The notes beneath the pieces were generated by a model. That model was not told the origin of the DNA. It did not search any database and worked only from the letters and a program-made list of their open reading frames with translations. The position numbers and the translations under genes were made by a program. 64,000 nucleotides of DNA from the NCBI GenBank assembly GCA_965649825.1, contig OZ287703.1:248001-312000 (forward strand), read 5' to 3'. Positions 25,001 to 37,724 of this stretch are shown here, one piece after another (within the stretch, counting starts at the first letter, position 1; each line of letters starts with the position of its first letter). The stretch is from Penicillus capitatus. Its lineage: Eukaryota; Plantae; Chlorophyta.

Positions 25001-26044
25001 GTTCCTGTTGGACGTTACTCAGTGCCTTCATGTCGGCAAATTGTGTGTTAAGGGAGTCCTGCGATTCGGATTTCCGCGAGGCGGACGATTCGGCCGCGGC
25101 TAGCCGCTTCTTGAGTGCCTGAATTTCTTTTCTTTGCCTATCTTGATCTTCTGCGTGGTCTTCTTCCATATTCACCATCTGCTTCTCTAATTCCGATAGT
25201 CGCTGTTTCGCATCGCTCACTTTCGCTTCGGCAAACTTACGACTCTCTTCAGATTTTTTGACTCTCATGTTCATGTTGGCTGCAGCAACACACAACCTGT
25301 CACATCAACACCGTAACCAACAACGTCCTCACACACCAAGCTCATTCTCGAGTTTCTTTTTGTCGGTTTGGATTTTGGTGTGTTCCCGCTGCGACTGTGC
25401 AGTGAGTGCCTTCTGCTCGAGCAGCTTGTTCTTGATATCGCGCAGCTCAGTCTACAGTCAGACAACGAAGCATCTTAGTATAAGAGTGAGAAAAGGGCAG
25501 CAACGAACGTCGAGTTCGGCTCTTCGCTCTGGACTCATGCCGGATTCGCGGATGACTTGTTGAAGCTCCTACATGACATTCGGCCATCATCGCGTCTGAC
25601 GCCTAGCCGTTGCGAAGATACCATGATTTTGGCTTTGGAAATGCGGAGCTCCGTTTCCAAGTCTTTGATTCTGTTTGTCGTCCAGTCGGTCGTGCGCGAA
25701 CCCGGTCGCGACGGAATCCGTCTCCTTGGTGACGTGGACATACCGCCCGAGCCATCTACCGCACCACACGGCAGACCCTTAAATGCCGTCTGAACCGTCC
25801 GGCGTGCATCGTCTTACCCTCGTTGACGCTGCTCGAAAATCGGCCAGAGCCCTTAAAACCTGACCGCGGGTCTACCTTGTACCCGACGTCACCGAGGTGG
25901 TTTGGGTCGTAGTCTCCTGGACCTACAACGCCCGACGTGTCCATGCGCTGTCACAATGATGCCCGCCGCGTCGTGGCCTAGGCAAGATGCACCTGGCGAT
26001 GGTAAGTGTGGCCGAAAACGTTCGCTTTTGTCGCGGCCGAACAT
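22070..26044 (-). CDS. Long coiled-coil protein with HMMR/RHAMM-like N- and C-terminal motifs and no motor domain
   Basis: Spliced N-terminus MFGRDKSERFRPHLPSP-GPGDYDP...GFKGSGRF, more than 1000 aa of E/K/Q/L heptads, and C-terminal LLGHHNSKQKIQYHLKLKTEL. Confidence 0.8.
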
Positions 26045-26440
26045 GTTATTTCTTGTCTTTCTCTCTACACGTGAAGCGAAAGCGGTTGATGACTACTTGA
26101 AAAACGCAGACGTGCTGTAAGTCAACCAGTATTTTTTACGGTAAGAATAATCACCAAGAACGGCGAAAAGCAGCTAAGCGTATAATAATTGGCAGTACGC
26201 CAAATGCACCGCCGTCGTCTTCTCCCAACCGTCCTTTTGCTAAAAAAGCACAGTTTTGGCAGCGAGGGGTCGAGATCACCAGAGAATGCAGATGCCGAGT
26301 GTACAGACGGCAGCTGTCGATCGTTTATTCGAAACGTGTCTTCATTCCACCCTCTCTTCCGCATTCATTCCATCCAGTTCATGTCAGAAGAAGAGCATCA
26401 TCTTCAGTCATGTCCTGGCAGCGGAGTGCATGCTTGTTAT

Positions 26441-26617
26441 TGGATGGATAGATGGCGGATGGATGGATGGATGGTGGAGATCAAACGATAACAACAAGAC
26501 CAATGACATCTATAGCAATGATATCAATAATGAGTAGTACTTAGGACATCGAACTCGATCGCACGAGAAGGAACGGGACAGTTCAAACATACAACAACAA
26601 CAACAACAACAACAACA
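26441..26617. repeat. Microsatellites: imperfect (GATG)n at 26441-26474 and (ACA)9 at 26591-26617
   Basis: Read directly from the sequence. Confidence 0.9.
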
Positions 26618-26947
26618 TATAGACACAACAAGCACGCCGCACTCAGAACGACCGATCGACCGACCATTAACAATTGAGAACAACGATCCTGTGAAGCGCC
26701 TGAGCTTCGTCGTACAAAAATGAAATTGCACACAAACAGATCGCAAAAAGGTCCACGACAGAGTAGGAAAACGACGTTTGTGATCCACGACACAGAAAAG
26801 GAAAAAACAAGCGCATCAGTACGTTGTCTACTCTTATTATTGCACGGATATACTACTAGTATAATGAAATCTACATCTCGCTTCTAGGATGCGTGTGATT
26901 AAGGAAGACAATTGCGGTCTGCTTGCCTGCTTGCCTGCCTGTGGTGC

Positions 26948-28840
26948 TTACTCGCTCGCAGCTGCTCGCCAAGATTCTAGACTCTTCGAGACTCTCATGC
27001 TCAGAGCCAGTTTGATGAAAGTGTCTGGCGGCGGAAGCGATGTCGGTACATCTGTGGACTGCATGATGACCAGGGCATCGTCTTCCCTTGATTGCATCAG
27101 CCTGGATTCCATACATTTCATAATAGCCAGAGCAACTCTCAATGACATTTTCCATCCTTCCAGCAGGAAGACATCCCAGACGCGCAATACATGTTGGAAA
27201 GGTAGTACATAGCAGAAGAGAGCCATCCACCAACTGACGGTAAAATCGGCAAGGGGGAGATCCTCAGTACCCGCTTCTATCCGGCGCCTCAGATGAGGCA
27301 TCTTGTCTCCAAGCACGTGCATCAACTTGGACTTGAGCTCTTGGGTCAGAGGGAAACCTTCGAGGTATAGACGACGGCAGCCAATGGGTTCTCCTGCGGT
27401 GGAAGGACGCGGGAAGTTAAGTGCTTCTTCGCGCATCATTGCAGCAAACGTCCAAAATGCATCCTCTTCAGACATCACCAAAAGCAAAGTGCCGAAGACC
27501 GGTCCCATACTTTGAACATACGCCGCCTACAGTCTCCCACTCACGATGCCGAGATCGATCAGTTCGACGAGGACCTCAGGGTCGTAAAGGGAGTAGGCTT
27601 TGAGGCAATTAAACAGCGCTTCCTTTCCAGGACCTCCCTGCTCCACAAAGAAGATGTGATGCGGATAGGTCCTGTCGAGATCCTTCTTTATTTCATCTTC
27701 CCATCTGCTCCACGATCGAACAAGTCGTGCATACACTCCGGGGTTCTCTTGTTGCAGTGCTCTTCCACCTATAGAAGGGGAAGGAAGATGCAGAGGGTGC
27801 AGCAAGCAGCATGAGACGGTTGACCTGTGAGAAGAGGCCAGACTCGGTAACGCCAGTCTTTTGGTATCCCTTTACGCGCCCGTTTCTTGATCAATTTCGA
27901 ATGCACTTGACAGATCTCTTCCCAATTTTCTTCTGCATTGTGTAACATGACTCTCCATTTTGCTTGGCGCCGAACAGAACGGCGATCGTTTGGCGGTTCA
28001 TAATGAACAAAAGGAGACAACCGTTCTACTAAGAACACACAGACATGCATGCCCATCCCTTTCGATAATGCAGCAACGACAGTCCTCACCGACGTCTCCG
28101 TCGACGTAAAGAAATCCATAGCCATCCACATCGCTTCGAGCGGATGTTTGTATGGAGCTCTCTGAATAACAGGTCACACCAGAATATTGAGTCGTGTCCA
28201 TATCGCTCCGGATGCGACCTGCCGCAGTCGTCCGATGACTGGGTGATGTCAGCGGATTCTCTGAAGAGGTACTGACATCCAAGAAAGGCATCTCCTGCGT
28301 ACTCGCGCTGCTTCCTCTGGCCGTGGTCTGCCGTTCCCTCGACCCGCCCATACCTGTGGAGGTGGACGGTCCTGAAACGTGGAGGAGGCATCCTGGCGAA
28401 AAGTCGGATGTCATCCATGCCGCTTCATTTGTTCTCTTGGGAATTTCGCGACACCAGGTTGGCGAGATGACAGAGTTCGACTCGACGAGTGCGTTCGTTG
28501 GATGCAAATCTCTTATTGCTGCAGCATCATCTTCGAGGAAAGAATGCAAGAAACTATCAGAATCGAAAGAGGGCACGACGGATGGCCCAAATGAACAAGC
28601 ACTGTCATCGCCAGTGATGATAAGGCACTCTCCAGTACTGCCGAGAACACCACTGCGTTTATGATCCAAGGAGATTTCCGCAGTTTCTGTGGCATGCACC
28701 AAATCTGAAGCTGAATCCAGCAACCCATCGATGCATCCCATCATCCCACTCAATAGAGACTTCTGACTATCGCCCTGGAAACGCACACATCTACAGAGGC
28801 AGAAGAGAATGCGGATGGGACGGACGGGTTGTGTGCTCAT
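26948..28840 (-). CDS. TBC-domain Rab GTPase-activating protein
   Basis: DGYGF, RARKGIPKDWRYRVWPLL, IKKDLDRTYP (arginine finger), LKAYSLYDPE-VGYVQSM and EEDAFW. Several short introns. Confidence 0.92.
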
Positions 28841-31019
28841 CTGACAACGTCTGTTTTGTTTTATGGTTAGAGGTGTGTAAATGAAGTTTCTTGAGGTGAA
28901 AAGAATTGCCGTGCGGCGTCGGGCCCGTTGTAACGGGAATCTCTGTTGAACAGCTGTTCGCTACAGTGACGTCAATGCGTTGGTCCTTTGCACTACATTA
29001 CAGGCCAACGGATGTCCTGTCCAAATAATGCAGCAGCTTTACCTAGTCTGATGCCGGCCCACGTACGCGTGATGAAGCGTAGCTAGTCAACGGCGCACCT
29101 TCTGAAGCGCGGCTCCTCTGTACGAATCGTCGGTGCCGGTTAGACGATTACTGCCTTCAACTTGCGATGCATGTGCAAACGCAGGTTACGTTGTTAAACA
29201 AACGACGCTTCAGAACATGTATCGAGAACACCGTCTATTTAGACAAGTGCCTTCGGCGGTGGCGGTGGCGGTGGCGGCGATCACAATTTAGGGCGGAGAA
29301 GTCTTGGAGAGGGCGGAATTGGAGTACTGCTGTGCTTGTCGCCGTTTTGTGCGTGCTTCGTTGTTGGACAACACGAACCGTCAAACAGTGCAGATGACTT
29401 TTTCTGATGGCACGAGGCCGTGCATGCCTCGACATTGGATGTGGTTGGATGGTCGGGTATCTTCCGGTGACATCTATGTGATCGGAACGTTGCGGTTATG
29501 CGACGGATGCTTGTCACATCAACATCAAAAACGCTGTCGAGCGTTTTGGAGAATCGATGGGCTGTCGATTGCCTAGAGCTTCGAAATCATATCGCGACAT
29601 GTGCGCATACGTGGCTTGTTGTGGCTGAGCCTCTACTTTGGTATAAGAGGAGGGAATATTTAAGAATTCAGTGACTGCGGTGGCATTGCTCTGGTCCTTG
29701 TTGAGAGGAGGATCCAGCGCACCACTTGTCCTGCCACAGGCTTTTTGCGCATAGGCGACCATTCAAAAGCGACATGTCTGTCAATATTGGACTAGCTGAG
29801 CAAGCATGACATCAGAATGTTGCGGGCATTCGTCGTCAAGAATCGATGTCATACGCCAAGAATGTAACACCAAGAGCATCAGCTGGTGAGATAACCTTAG
29901 TGATGAGACAGTTGGAGTTTCGACCGTCCGCTTCTCCACAGACGACCGGCGCCTGTTCAGTCTGACAAGACTGATGCGACGAAGAGCCAAAAGTACGCGG
30001 AGCGATTGAAAAAAGTGTATGGGGTTATGCCCCCATCTCACTCACCGAGTACACTAACGATCATTGCCAAATGCGTTTGTCTAACGCGATAACATTGTCG
30101 CCGCAGAGCGCAAGGTTTTCGGAGTATGACTCTATCGACATGTCTTCCTTATCGGTGACGTTACTCGTTGGTCTTCTTGTCGTGCACATTCCGGACACGG
30201 TCAACCGTCTTTCCGACCAAACCGAATACGCAGTCAACGAAAAGACGCAGAGGTGGCGCAATCAAGTCGGTATCGAGAAAAACGTTTCGTCAATCTCAAC
30301 GACGGGCCATCTGCTTTCAAAAAATATACGAGACAATGGTTAGAGAAAACGACGACAATCCGTCGAAGGCAAAACCACTTAGTAACTGTGGTGTTAGACG
30401 GCAATACGTCGCCGAGTTTATCGAAGACGATGAGGTCGCTCAGAAGACCTGGTAATGGAATAGGTATGTGTCGTTCGAACGGCCAATGCCACATTTGTTC
30501 ATTTGTTGCGAGGCATTCGATCGGCCTAGTCGATGATCGCGATTTACAGCAAGACGTCTCAACGAGGTATGCGCATCGTCTATCGGCGTTCAGTTGGCGA
30601 TAAGTAAGGCGACTTATTTATGGCCATCCTCCAGTCGCCGATCGGACATGAAGCATGCATATCGGGAGATATTGTGAACCGGTGTTGCCTTCGCCAAGGG
30701 GTCATGTCATTCTGTCTTGTGATGAAGGGGTTCATCGCGCAGAGAGACACTGATGACTCATCTGAGGCGTGTTTCTGTGGTGTTTGAACCTGCTTCGGTG
30801 AGTCACATCAATTTTCGGGTATAAATGTGCAACTCTGAACTTTGAAAGGCTTCTGCTCCGAGCCTGTAAAAGATTTCCGCTGCATTGATCGTTCGACGGC
30901 CCGGCCCGGCCCGATACAACACCGGCAATAACAAAAATTTGAAAATCTGTATGTCACTGAAACCTGATAGATAGACACCGGAACGATTGACCAACAGCTC
31001 GATTCGATCGAAAAAACGA

Positions 31020-31091
31020 GTGGATCGTTATCGAACAGATCGATAGGTGGATCGTTATCGAACAGATCGATAGATCGATCGATCGATCGAT
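31020..31091. repeat. Two tandem 27-bp copies of GTGGATCGTTATCGAACAGATCGATAG followed by an (ATCG)n run
   Basis: Read directly from the sequence. Confidence 0.9.
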
Positions 31092-32074
31092 TACGCAAAA
31101 CATCTGAAATCGATTTGCCTACCAAGATCCACAGTTCATACGTCAATCAGAATGATGGACTCTGCACAATCTGTAGATTAGAGACAGATTATCAAGATGT
31201 TGTTTGCCATGAAGTGCGATAAAATGCGCTACTAGCACTTTCGGCATCGGTACTTTTCATTCTCGAATGTCTATGGATCGACAGACAGAGTCGTAGAATT
31301 CTCTCTTCGCTTAGTCATTCTTGTCGGGTAACTATCTTCGTTCTTTCAGATTGGACGAAATGTTTGAGAGTCGTACATAAAATGTTTACCTTTTCTAGCC
31401 CGCTTGCATTAACAAAGCTCTGGCCATGAAGGGAGAGAGAGATCGCCGCCATCGTCAGCAACAGAACTCACGATTTCGACTGCTAAACATTAGACGGATG
31501 AACGGCAGCACTCTAGTGTCATTCGGTCGAGCGCGTTTGGCATCGGCCATTGGTTCCGCGTCGTGAATTCTTCAAAAGACCAAAACGTTTTTACACCTAA
31601 TTCATCATGAAGTCTGTATTTATCGCTTCGATCGCAGCATCCCATCAGTTTTGCCTGTCGCATCGGACTGTCATCTTTCTGATCCCTCGTCACCAATGTG
31701 ACATCATGGTTCCGTACCATGAGGAGTTCACACTAGTGAAATCATCAACGAAAAGGTACCAGCGAACGGCAATGCGCACCTTGGGCAAAAAAGCGTCTGC
31801 CCAGACGGAAAGAATCGACAGCAAAACAAATAACTAACATACGTTCCAGCCACGAAACAACGACTTGGGTAAGACAGCTCATTCTAGCAGATTTGCAGAC
31901 AAAACAATTCACGGCAGCACCAAACTTATACGAATCTTTCGACCGTGAGCACTAGAAAGAATTACCCCAGTAATCTCCGCCGATGCATCGCGAGGATCGA
32001 AGAGCAGTCATCGCTTCGTAACTCAGCTCTCCATCAACGCTTAATCGCGTCGTCGTCTTCACCTACCTCGCGAA

Positions 32075-35000
32075 TGGCTGCTGCTAATATCATCGATCAG
32101 CAATTTTCACTGCCCACGATGTACACGGATGCCTAGGTTTCACCACGTTCGACCCTTATCGGCTGCCGAATCTCCGCGAGCTGTCTTCGATTGCGGTCGA
32201 CTAGTCCGATTACTGATGATTCCTGCGATGTGAGAAGGACGATGTTCTGGTTCTCACTGCGATGGTTTAAAAGGAGTTCGCACAGCACATGCTTTCAGGC
32301 ATTCATTGCCCATGACATTGCCAAACGACAGAATCGTTGATGGCAACAAATAATGCTAAAATAAAAGACATGCCTTTCGGCCAAAAACAATGACGTTTCA
32401 ACTCGCCGTTCTCGGACTCACTTTGAGCGGGATCCCTATCGCCGATTCAATGACTACACCGTTCGTCCCACTGAGCATCAGTTCATCGAACGGTATGACG
32501 GTTTCGAAACAAAACTGACTGAGCATCTTGATGAGGACCAAGCGCATCTCCATCATGGCCAGTCTCTGCCCGGAACAGTCCCTCGGGCCGTAAGAGAATC
32601 CAAGGTAGTGCACATGGGACATGTCTTCATCGGTCAACCAGCGCTCCGGTCGGAAGACTTCGGGATCGCCCCACTCCTTCTCCGTTCCAATCCAACGAGT
32701 ACCGGGAACGACCACAAGAGTGCCCTTCGGGACTCGATACCCCATCAGCGTCATGTCGTGCGGAACCACACGAGGCATTATCCCCATGACGATGTAGGCA
32801 ATCCGCATGCCTTCCTTAATGACGGCTGTTAGGTACGGCAATTCTCCCAGATCTTCGAAGACGACCTCTCTTGCGCCGTCTCCATAGAGTCCTCGTTCCC
32901 TCAACTCCTCCAAGATCTTGTCAACGACACGGGGATGCTCGGCTAGAATGGAGAAGAGCCATGCGAGCTGATGCGCCGAGGTGTCTGTTCCAGCGAGGAT
33001 GACAAGCGCAACCTCGGCTCTGAGGCTATCATATGACATCGGCATTTCTGTCTCTGAATGGTAACGGTCTCGTAATCCGAACCAGAGTGGGCGAGAACCG
33101 TCTGTCGGCGCTTCTCTCTGCAGAATCTCCTTAGTGATCTTGTCGTATTCGTGCGTCAGACGATCGATCGCTCTCTGCCTCTTCCGTGCGCCTTCCAAGC
33201 GAGGGAAGAGTTTGTGGCATGTCGTTGTGATGGGATCGGATAGTCGTTCCTTGAAAATGTGGCCGACCTCGATCAACAACTCTGGTATGTTGCAGGTGCC
33301 ATCCAATCCTCCCAGCGTCATTTCGAACGCAACGGCTCCAATGACGTCCAGAGCAAACCGAACAAGGAGGTGCTGGAGGTCTATGCCTTCTTTGGTTCCG
33401 TGTTCTTCAATTTTGACGGCCAGTTGGTTGGTGGCGTTCATTAACGACGGCCACACCTTCTTGAGATTGCTAGTTTGCATGGCGGATGCATATTCCTTGC
33501 GTATGGCCTTGACATAAGGAGACACTCTTCTCTCTCCCGCCAGATGTGGAGCTTTGGAACTCAGCCCTAAGAGCTATTACACGTTCTTGCCATTGCTGAA
33601 AGCAAACAACGGGCTCTCACGATTCTTGTCGCTCTTTCGGGGGCTTTAAAGCGAGGGAACGCTTCAGACCTTGAGAGTACGATGGATTTCACACAGCGCA
33701 TGTCGGTTATCGTCAGAATCGGCGAGCCGAAGACTGCCACCTGCCAGAAACTGCATAAACCATCTAGAGAAGCGATCAGTTTACTCTGAAGATTTTGGGA
33801 AATCCGAGTTGGCGCATCCAGCGTGCACGCATAAAACATTCTTCTTCGTTATTTCGGATTATGTTAATCATGTCGAGCGTCTGTCCCAAAAGAGGATATC
33901 CGCGCGGCGTGGGTATCTTGTGAAGGTCATATCGCAGACGTCGCCAGAGGACACGCGTCGCCGCCCATGTCAGCAGCGCAAGCAGCAGACCGTAGACCAA
34001 CATCTTTCTTCAGCGACGTCTCCAAAGTGACGCTTTCGTTCGTGCTGCTGTTTCTACTGCACGAGTGGACGAAAGACGCTGACAGCCTGGTCGAAGCGGA
34101 TTATGATGACGCGGAGTCAGACGTGGACGTCGCTGTCAGGGACATTGGAGACGAGATGCACTCGATGTCGCAAAATGAACATCAGTCCGCCTGCGCTTCC
34201 GCGGGAATGCGCTCCTCAGATAAGTACTGACCGAATCCCATCCCTCTGCAGCTATCCTCTCTAGGAGAAAGACGCAGTACACTGGCCAAGAGCAACCCAG
34301 ACGCTGCCGTCAGCGATTTCAGATCCTCCACAGAGTACTTGACAGTATCCAGGTAATGCATGAGCTTATCTCTCTTCAAAAGCACCTCGACGTTCTCCTC
34401 CTTTTCAGAGTGCGGAGCAATGATGGACACTGTCTGATCTACCAGATGTACGTGTCGTTCCGTCCAGCGGCGGCATTGTTCTCAAACCATCGCTCGAATC
34501 GACAGAGACCAAAAACCGGTACATGGCAGAAGGCGGCTGAGGCAGACGAGTGTGCTCATATGTCAGGCGTAGGGACACCCGACGTATACTGATTGCGGGA
34601 AAGAGAACGTTGCACGGATGCAGAGCTGCAAGTGATTTAGATCCGACTCTGTGCGCGGATCGCCTGCCGATAGTGATGATGATAGAGCATTCTTCGTAGA
34701 AATCTCTGCAATCGACGCGACAAGAACTGAGACAAAGCTCGGGGGCTGCTGATTCAATCGTTGTCGCTAAGATTCGACGATATTCGAAACGATTGGATCG
34801 CAATTTATCGAAACCTGTTATAACATGGCAATCAAGCTTGTCCGATCTCATTCCGAATGCGCTCGATTGAGACTTCGTCGTTCGATAGCGATCGAATGTC
34901 TCGAAGCTTCATCCATAGCCATCAGACGAATCGAAACTTCGTCGATTGTTGGCAATCGAACAAATTGATATCTGACAGACCGAAATCGATCGACGACAAT

Positions 35001-35874
35001 CGAGCAAATCGAAACTCAGTCAATCAATGCAGTCGAACAGATCGATATCGAACCCGAAGAACTCGATTAAGGCCAGTCGTCTGGGGTCTCATTCTATTCC
35101 GACGAGGGTGACTGTTGAAAAGCATCGCTTCGCTGTTTGTAAGAATTCAACTATCTATGTTGTAAAGTCATTTTAGACATCTCCGTCACGTGGAATTTGT
35201 TCTCTCGTTATTAGAAAGTTGTGACAACGGCTAATTTATCTGTAGTTGTCGAGTTGCTAAAACAAGTTTATGTTCCATGGCCTTTGAAAAAGAATGAGTA
35301 CAGCTTGAGGTTATGTACCGCACACATTCTGCGCGTCACAAGACAGCTATCCAGCTTCGCGCAGATGACTAGGGAGAGGCCGAGAACGATCTTAGTGCGT
35401 TTGATAAGACGTTTTAGTTCGTACCTGGCCGTAATTCCAGACTACAGACGTTTCAACAGTCTTTGCAAACGATACGCCTTCGTCGTCGTTTACGTTTTTG
35501 TGTGTCTGAACGACAAGGTTGTGAGACTGCGGAGCTTCGAAAAGTCTAGGGAAGGTTTTATCACTGTGTCCTTGGCTTTCGATGAAACCTCGGCTATCTC
35601 TTCGATTTGCCATTTGTCACCGTTGGCGTTCATAGTGCATATACGAAAAAACTGGCTGTTAAAACAAAATCAGTTTACCACAGTATGCAGTTGTACCAGA
35701 AATCGTTCTTTTCGCCGGTTTTGGTGGTATTGATACACTCTACAACAAGGACATCACGCTTACAATTCGACTTGTGGTCGATCATTAGGTCCAGCTGCGT
35801 CTCAAACTGAAGGAAATTGGCACGCTAAAAAATCGGTTCGACGGCAGTCGACGAATTATAGATCGCTCATTTCG
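32075..35874. repeat. Right arm of ~3.8 kb inverted segmental duplication (partner 3571-7379)
   Basis: Reverse complement of the left arm. Noncoding tracts are near-identical and interrupted by diverged blocks. Confidence 0.95.
32398..34003 (-). CDS. Cytochrome P450, ER-anchored (copy B, paralog of 5444-7057)
   Basis: Same three-exon structure as copy A. AGTDTS, EGMR, PERW and FSYGPRDCSG are present and the ORF is intact. Confidence 0.95.
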
Positions 35875-36103
35875 TATTTGAGTAATGTCAACATGGCGGT
35901 TGTGTTCTCGAAGAACATACTTGTCACTTATCATCCATAACGTGTGTACGACTCTTGTCGACATCACCGCTTGGCAACGATGCTCTGTCGATGATTCTCT
36001 GAAGCGTCGAAATCACAACGTCCACTTGCAATGGGTACGCAAAACGTAATGTGACGGTACGCGCACCGACGATTCCTTCTCGCTTAGCAAACGTTTCGTG
36101 GTT

Positions 36104-36873
36104 ATGGCATATCTATTCGACTTCTTCTATGCCTTCGATGGCATGTGCAGCAACAGTTTCGGCTCGGATGTCGAGCTACGTTTTCCAGACGGAACCTCGC
36201 TTTACGCTCATTCCGTTCTTCTCTCCTTCGGATCGTCTGTGCTACGACAAAAATTGAGATTAGACGGTACGACTCTTATCGAAATGCCAAACTCACGCAA
36301 AGAAGTCTGGCAAGTCATCCTCAATTGCCTCTACCCGACCAGCAGTTTTAAACTACACGCGACACGCGAGCAGCTCATCGACGATCCCCTAACGGTAGAG
36401 TCGTCTGTCATCCTTTCGGTTTTGACGACTTTATCCAGAACGAAGTTCTGCAAGAGTGCACGAAGTTTGAACTGCAACGCGTTGCCAGTCTATACGATGC
36501 GGCGTTGTGGTCTCTTGTCCAACGAGGCGATGATCGCACTCAGGACGCACTCCCTTCAGACAATGAAGACGCAATGCACATCGATGAAACCGCTCGCAAA
36601 TCTGTCAACTACGCGACACAGTTCCCTCTCCACGACACTCTTCGCGCTGCAAAGCACCTCAATCGAACACAGTACATCAAGTCTATCGACCGCCATCGCA
36701 CTGCGATGAAACGGAAGCCGCGATTCACCGCGTACTTGTCTCTCTCGCCAAAAACGCCGAAGAGACAAGAGAATACGCCGAGGAAGGCATTCGAGACGCC
36801 GATCAAGCTCACCGTCGATCGCGTCCAATGTCCCTGTTGCACAGAAATCTTCGAACACCTTCGCCGTGGATGA
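36104..36873 (+). CDS. BTB/POZ-domain protein
   Basis: SDVELRFPDGTSLYAHSVLLSFGSSVLRQKL...WQVILNCLYP is a typical BTB signature. One intron near 36394-36437. Confidence 0.8.
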
Positions 36874-37020
36874 TAGACTGGCCAAGCAATGCCGTGTTCT
36901 TTTGCTCCTCGAACACGAAATTTTGTGCATCGCAATAGATGGAAGACCGCATATATGTGGAATTGACGCCTCATTGGGCAACGTTTCCTTTCATGTGCCT
37001 GGTCACATCGTGCATTCTCC

Positions 37021-37681
37021 ATGGCCAAAGTGGTGAAGTTTCTTGCGCTTGGCGGCGTTACGTTCGGCGGGATCCTGTATGGACGCGTAAGATCCGTCAT
37101 ACAAAAGGCGATGAGCATGCGACTCTCCTTTAGCTATATGTCAACTTACTGTCGGCCGAGAGCAGCGTTCGTTCGATCGAGAGGGAAATGAAAGCGACGA
37201 CGACAGAACGCGAAAACCTCGAGCACGAGATCACGACGAGTCGAAAAACGCTTGCCGAACTCGAATCCAAAGGGACAGCGAAACTCCAGGCAATGGACGG
37301 CGACTTTTCTCTAGTCCATGCCATTCATTTTGCCATCAGGAGCAATCGACGCTGAAACAGAGAGTGGAAGAGACGACGTCCCTTCTGTCGAAGCTCAAAA
37401 ACGAGCTTCTCCAAAGCAAGAACGAATTTGACCGACTGCAGCTGAAGATCAAAGAAACGACAACACGAGTGGATCGTCTGAAGCTCGTAGACACCGAAAA
37501 ACAAACGTTTCTGAAGGTAACTCATCTCAATCGGAGTTGGATTCCTTCCAGTGCGCTCTGTTAGGAAACCGAAGGTCGTAAAGTACATGCCATGGAAGAT
37601 GTCGCAGCTGCCAAAAGAGCGATGGAACTTCGAAATCTACCTGTGATAAGCTCCGTCTTCTTTAAAGATAGTTCCAAGTGA
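37021..37681 (+). CDS. Small hypothetical protein: N-terminal TM helix followed by a coiled coil (~170 aa)
   Basis: Four exons join in frame: MAKVVKFLALGGVTFGGILYGR | LYVNLL...KLQ | EQSTLKQ...FLK | ETEGRK...DSSK*. One intron is GC-AG (37290-37339). Confidence 0.65.
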
Positions 37682-37724
37682 ATCGAATTCCCATCGATGT
37701 CGCGAATCATTCTTATCGGCCTCA

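Noticed and set aside
22027-26945. Shared CTGCTTGCCTGCTTGCCTG motif near the stop codons of the HMMR-like and TBC genes (22035-22062, 26920-26941)
   Set aside because: This is a low-complexity (CTTG/CCTG)n microsatellite, and independent origin is the simplest explanation.
29170-30610. Multiple short ORFs and splice-like signals on both strands
   Set aside because: I could not assemble a phase-consistent gene model or recognise a domain. A gene may exist but is unsupported from sequence alone.
30719-30765. C/D-box snoRNA-like motifs (GTGATGA...CTGATGA...CTGA)
   Set aside because: The span is only 47 nt, there is no convincing terminal stem, and I recognise no rRNA guide. It is equally explained by a short hairpin and a TGACTCA site.
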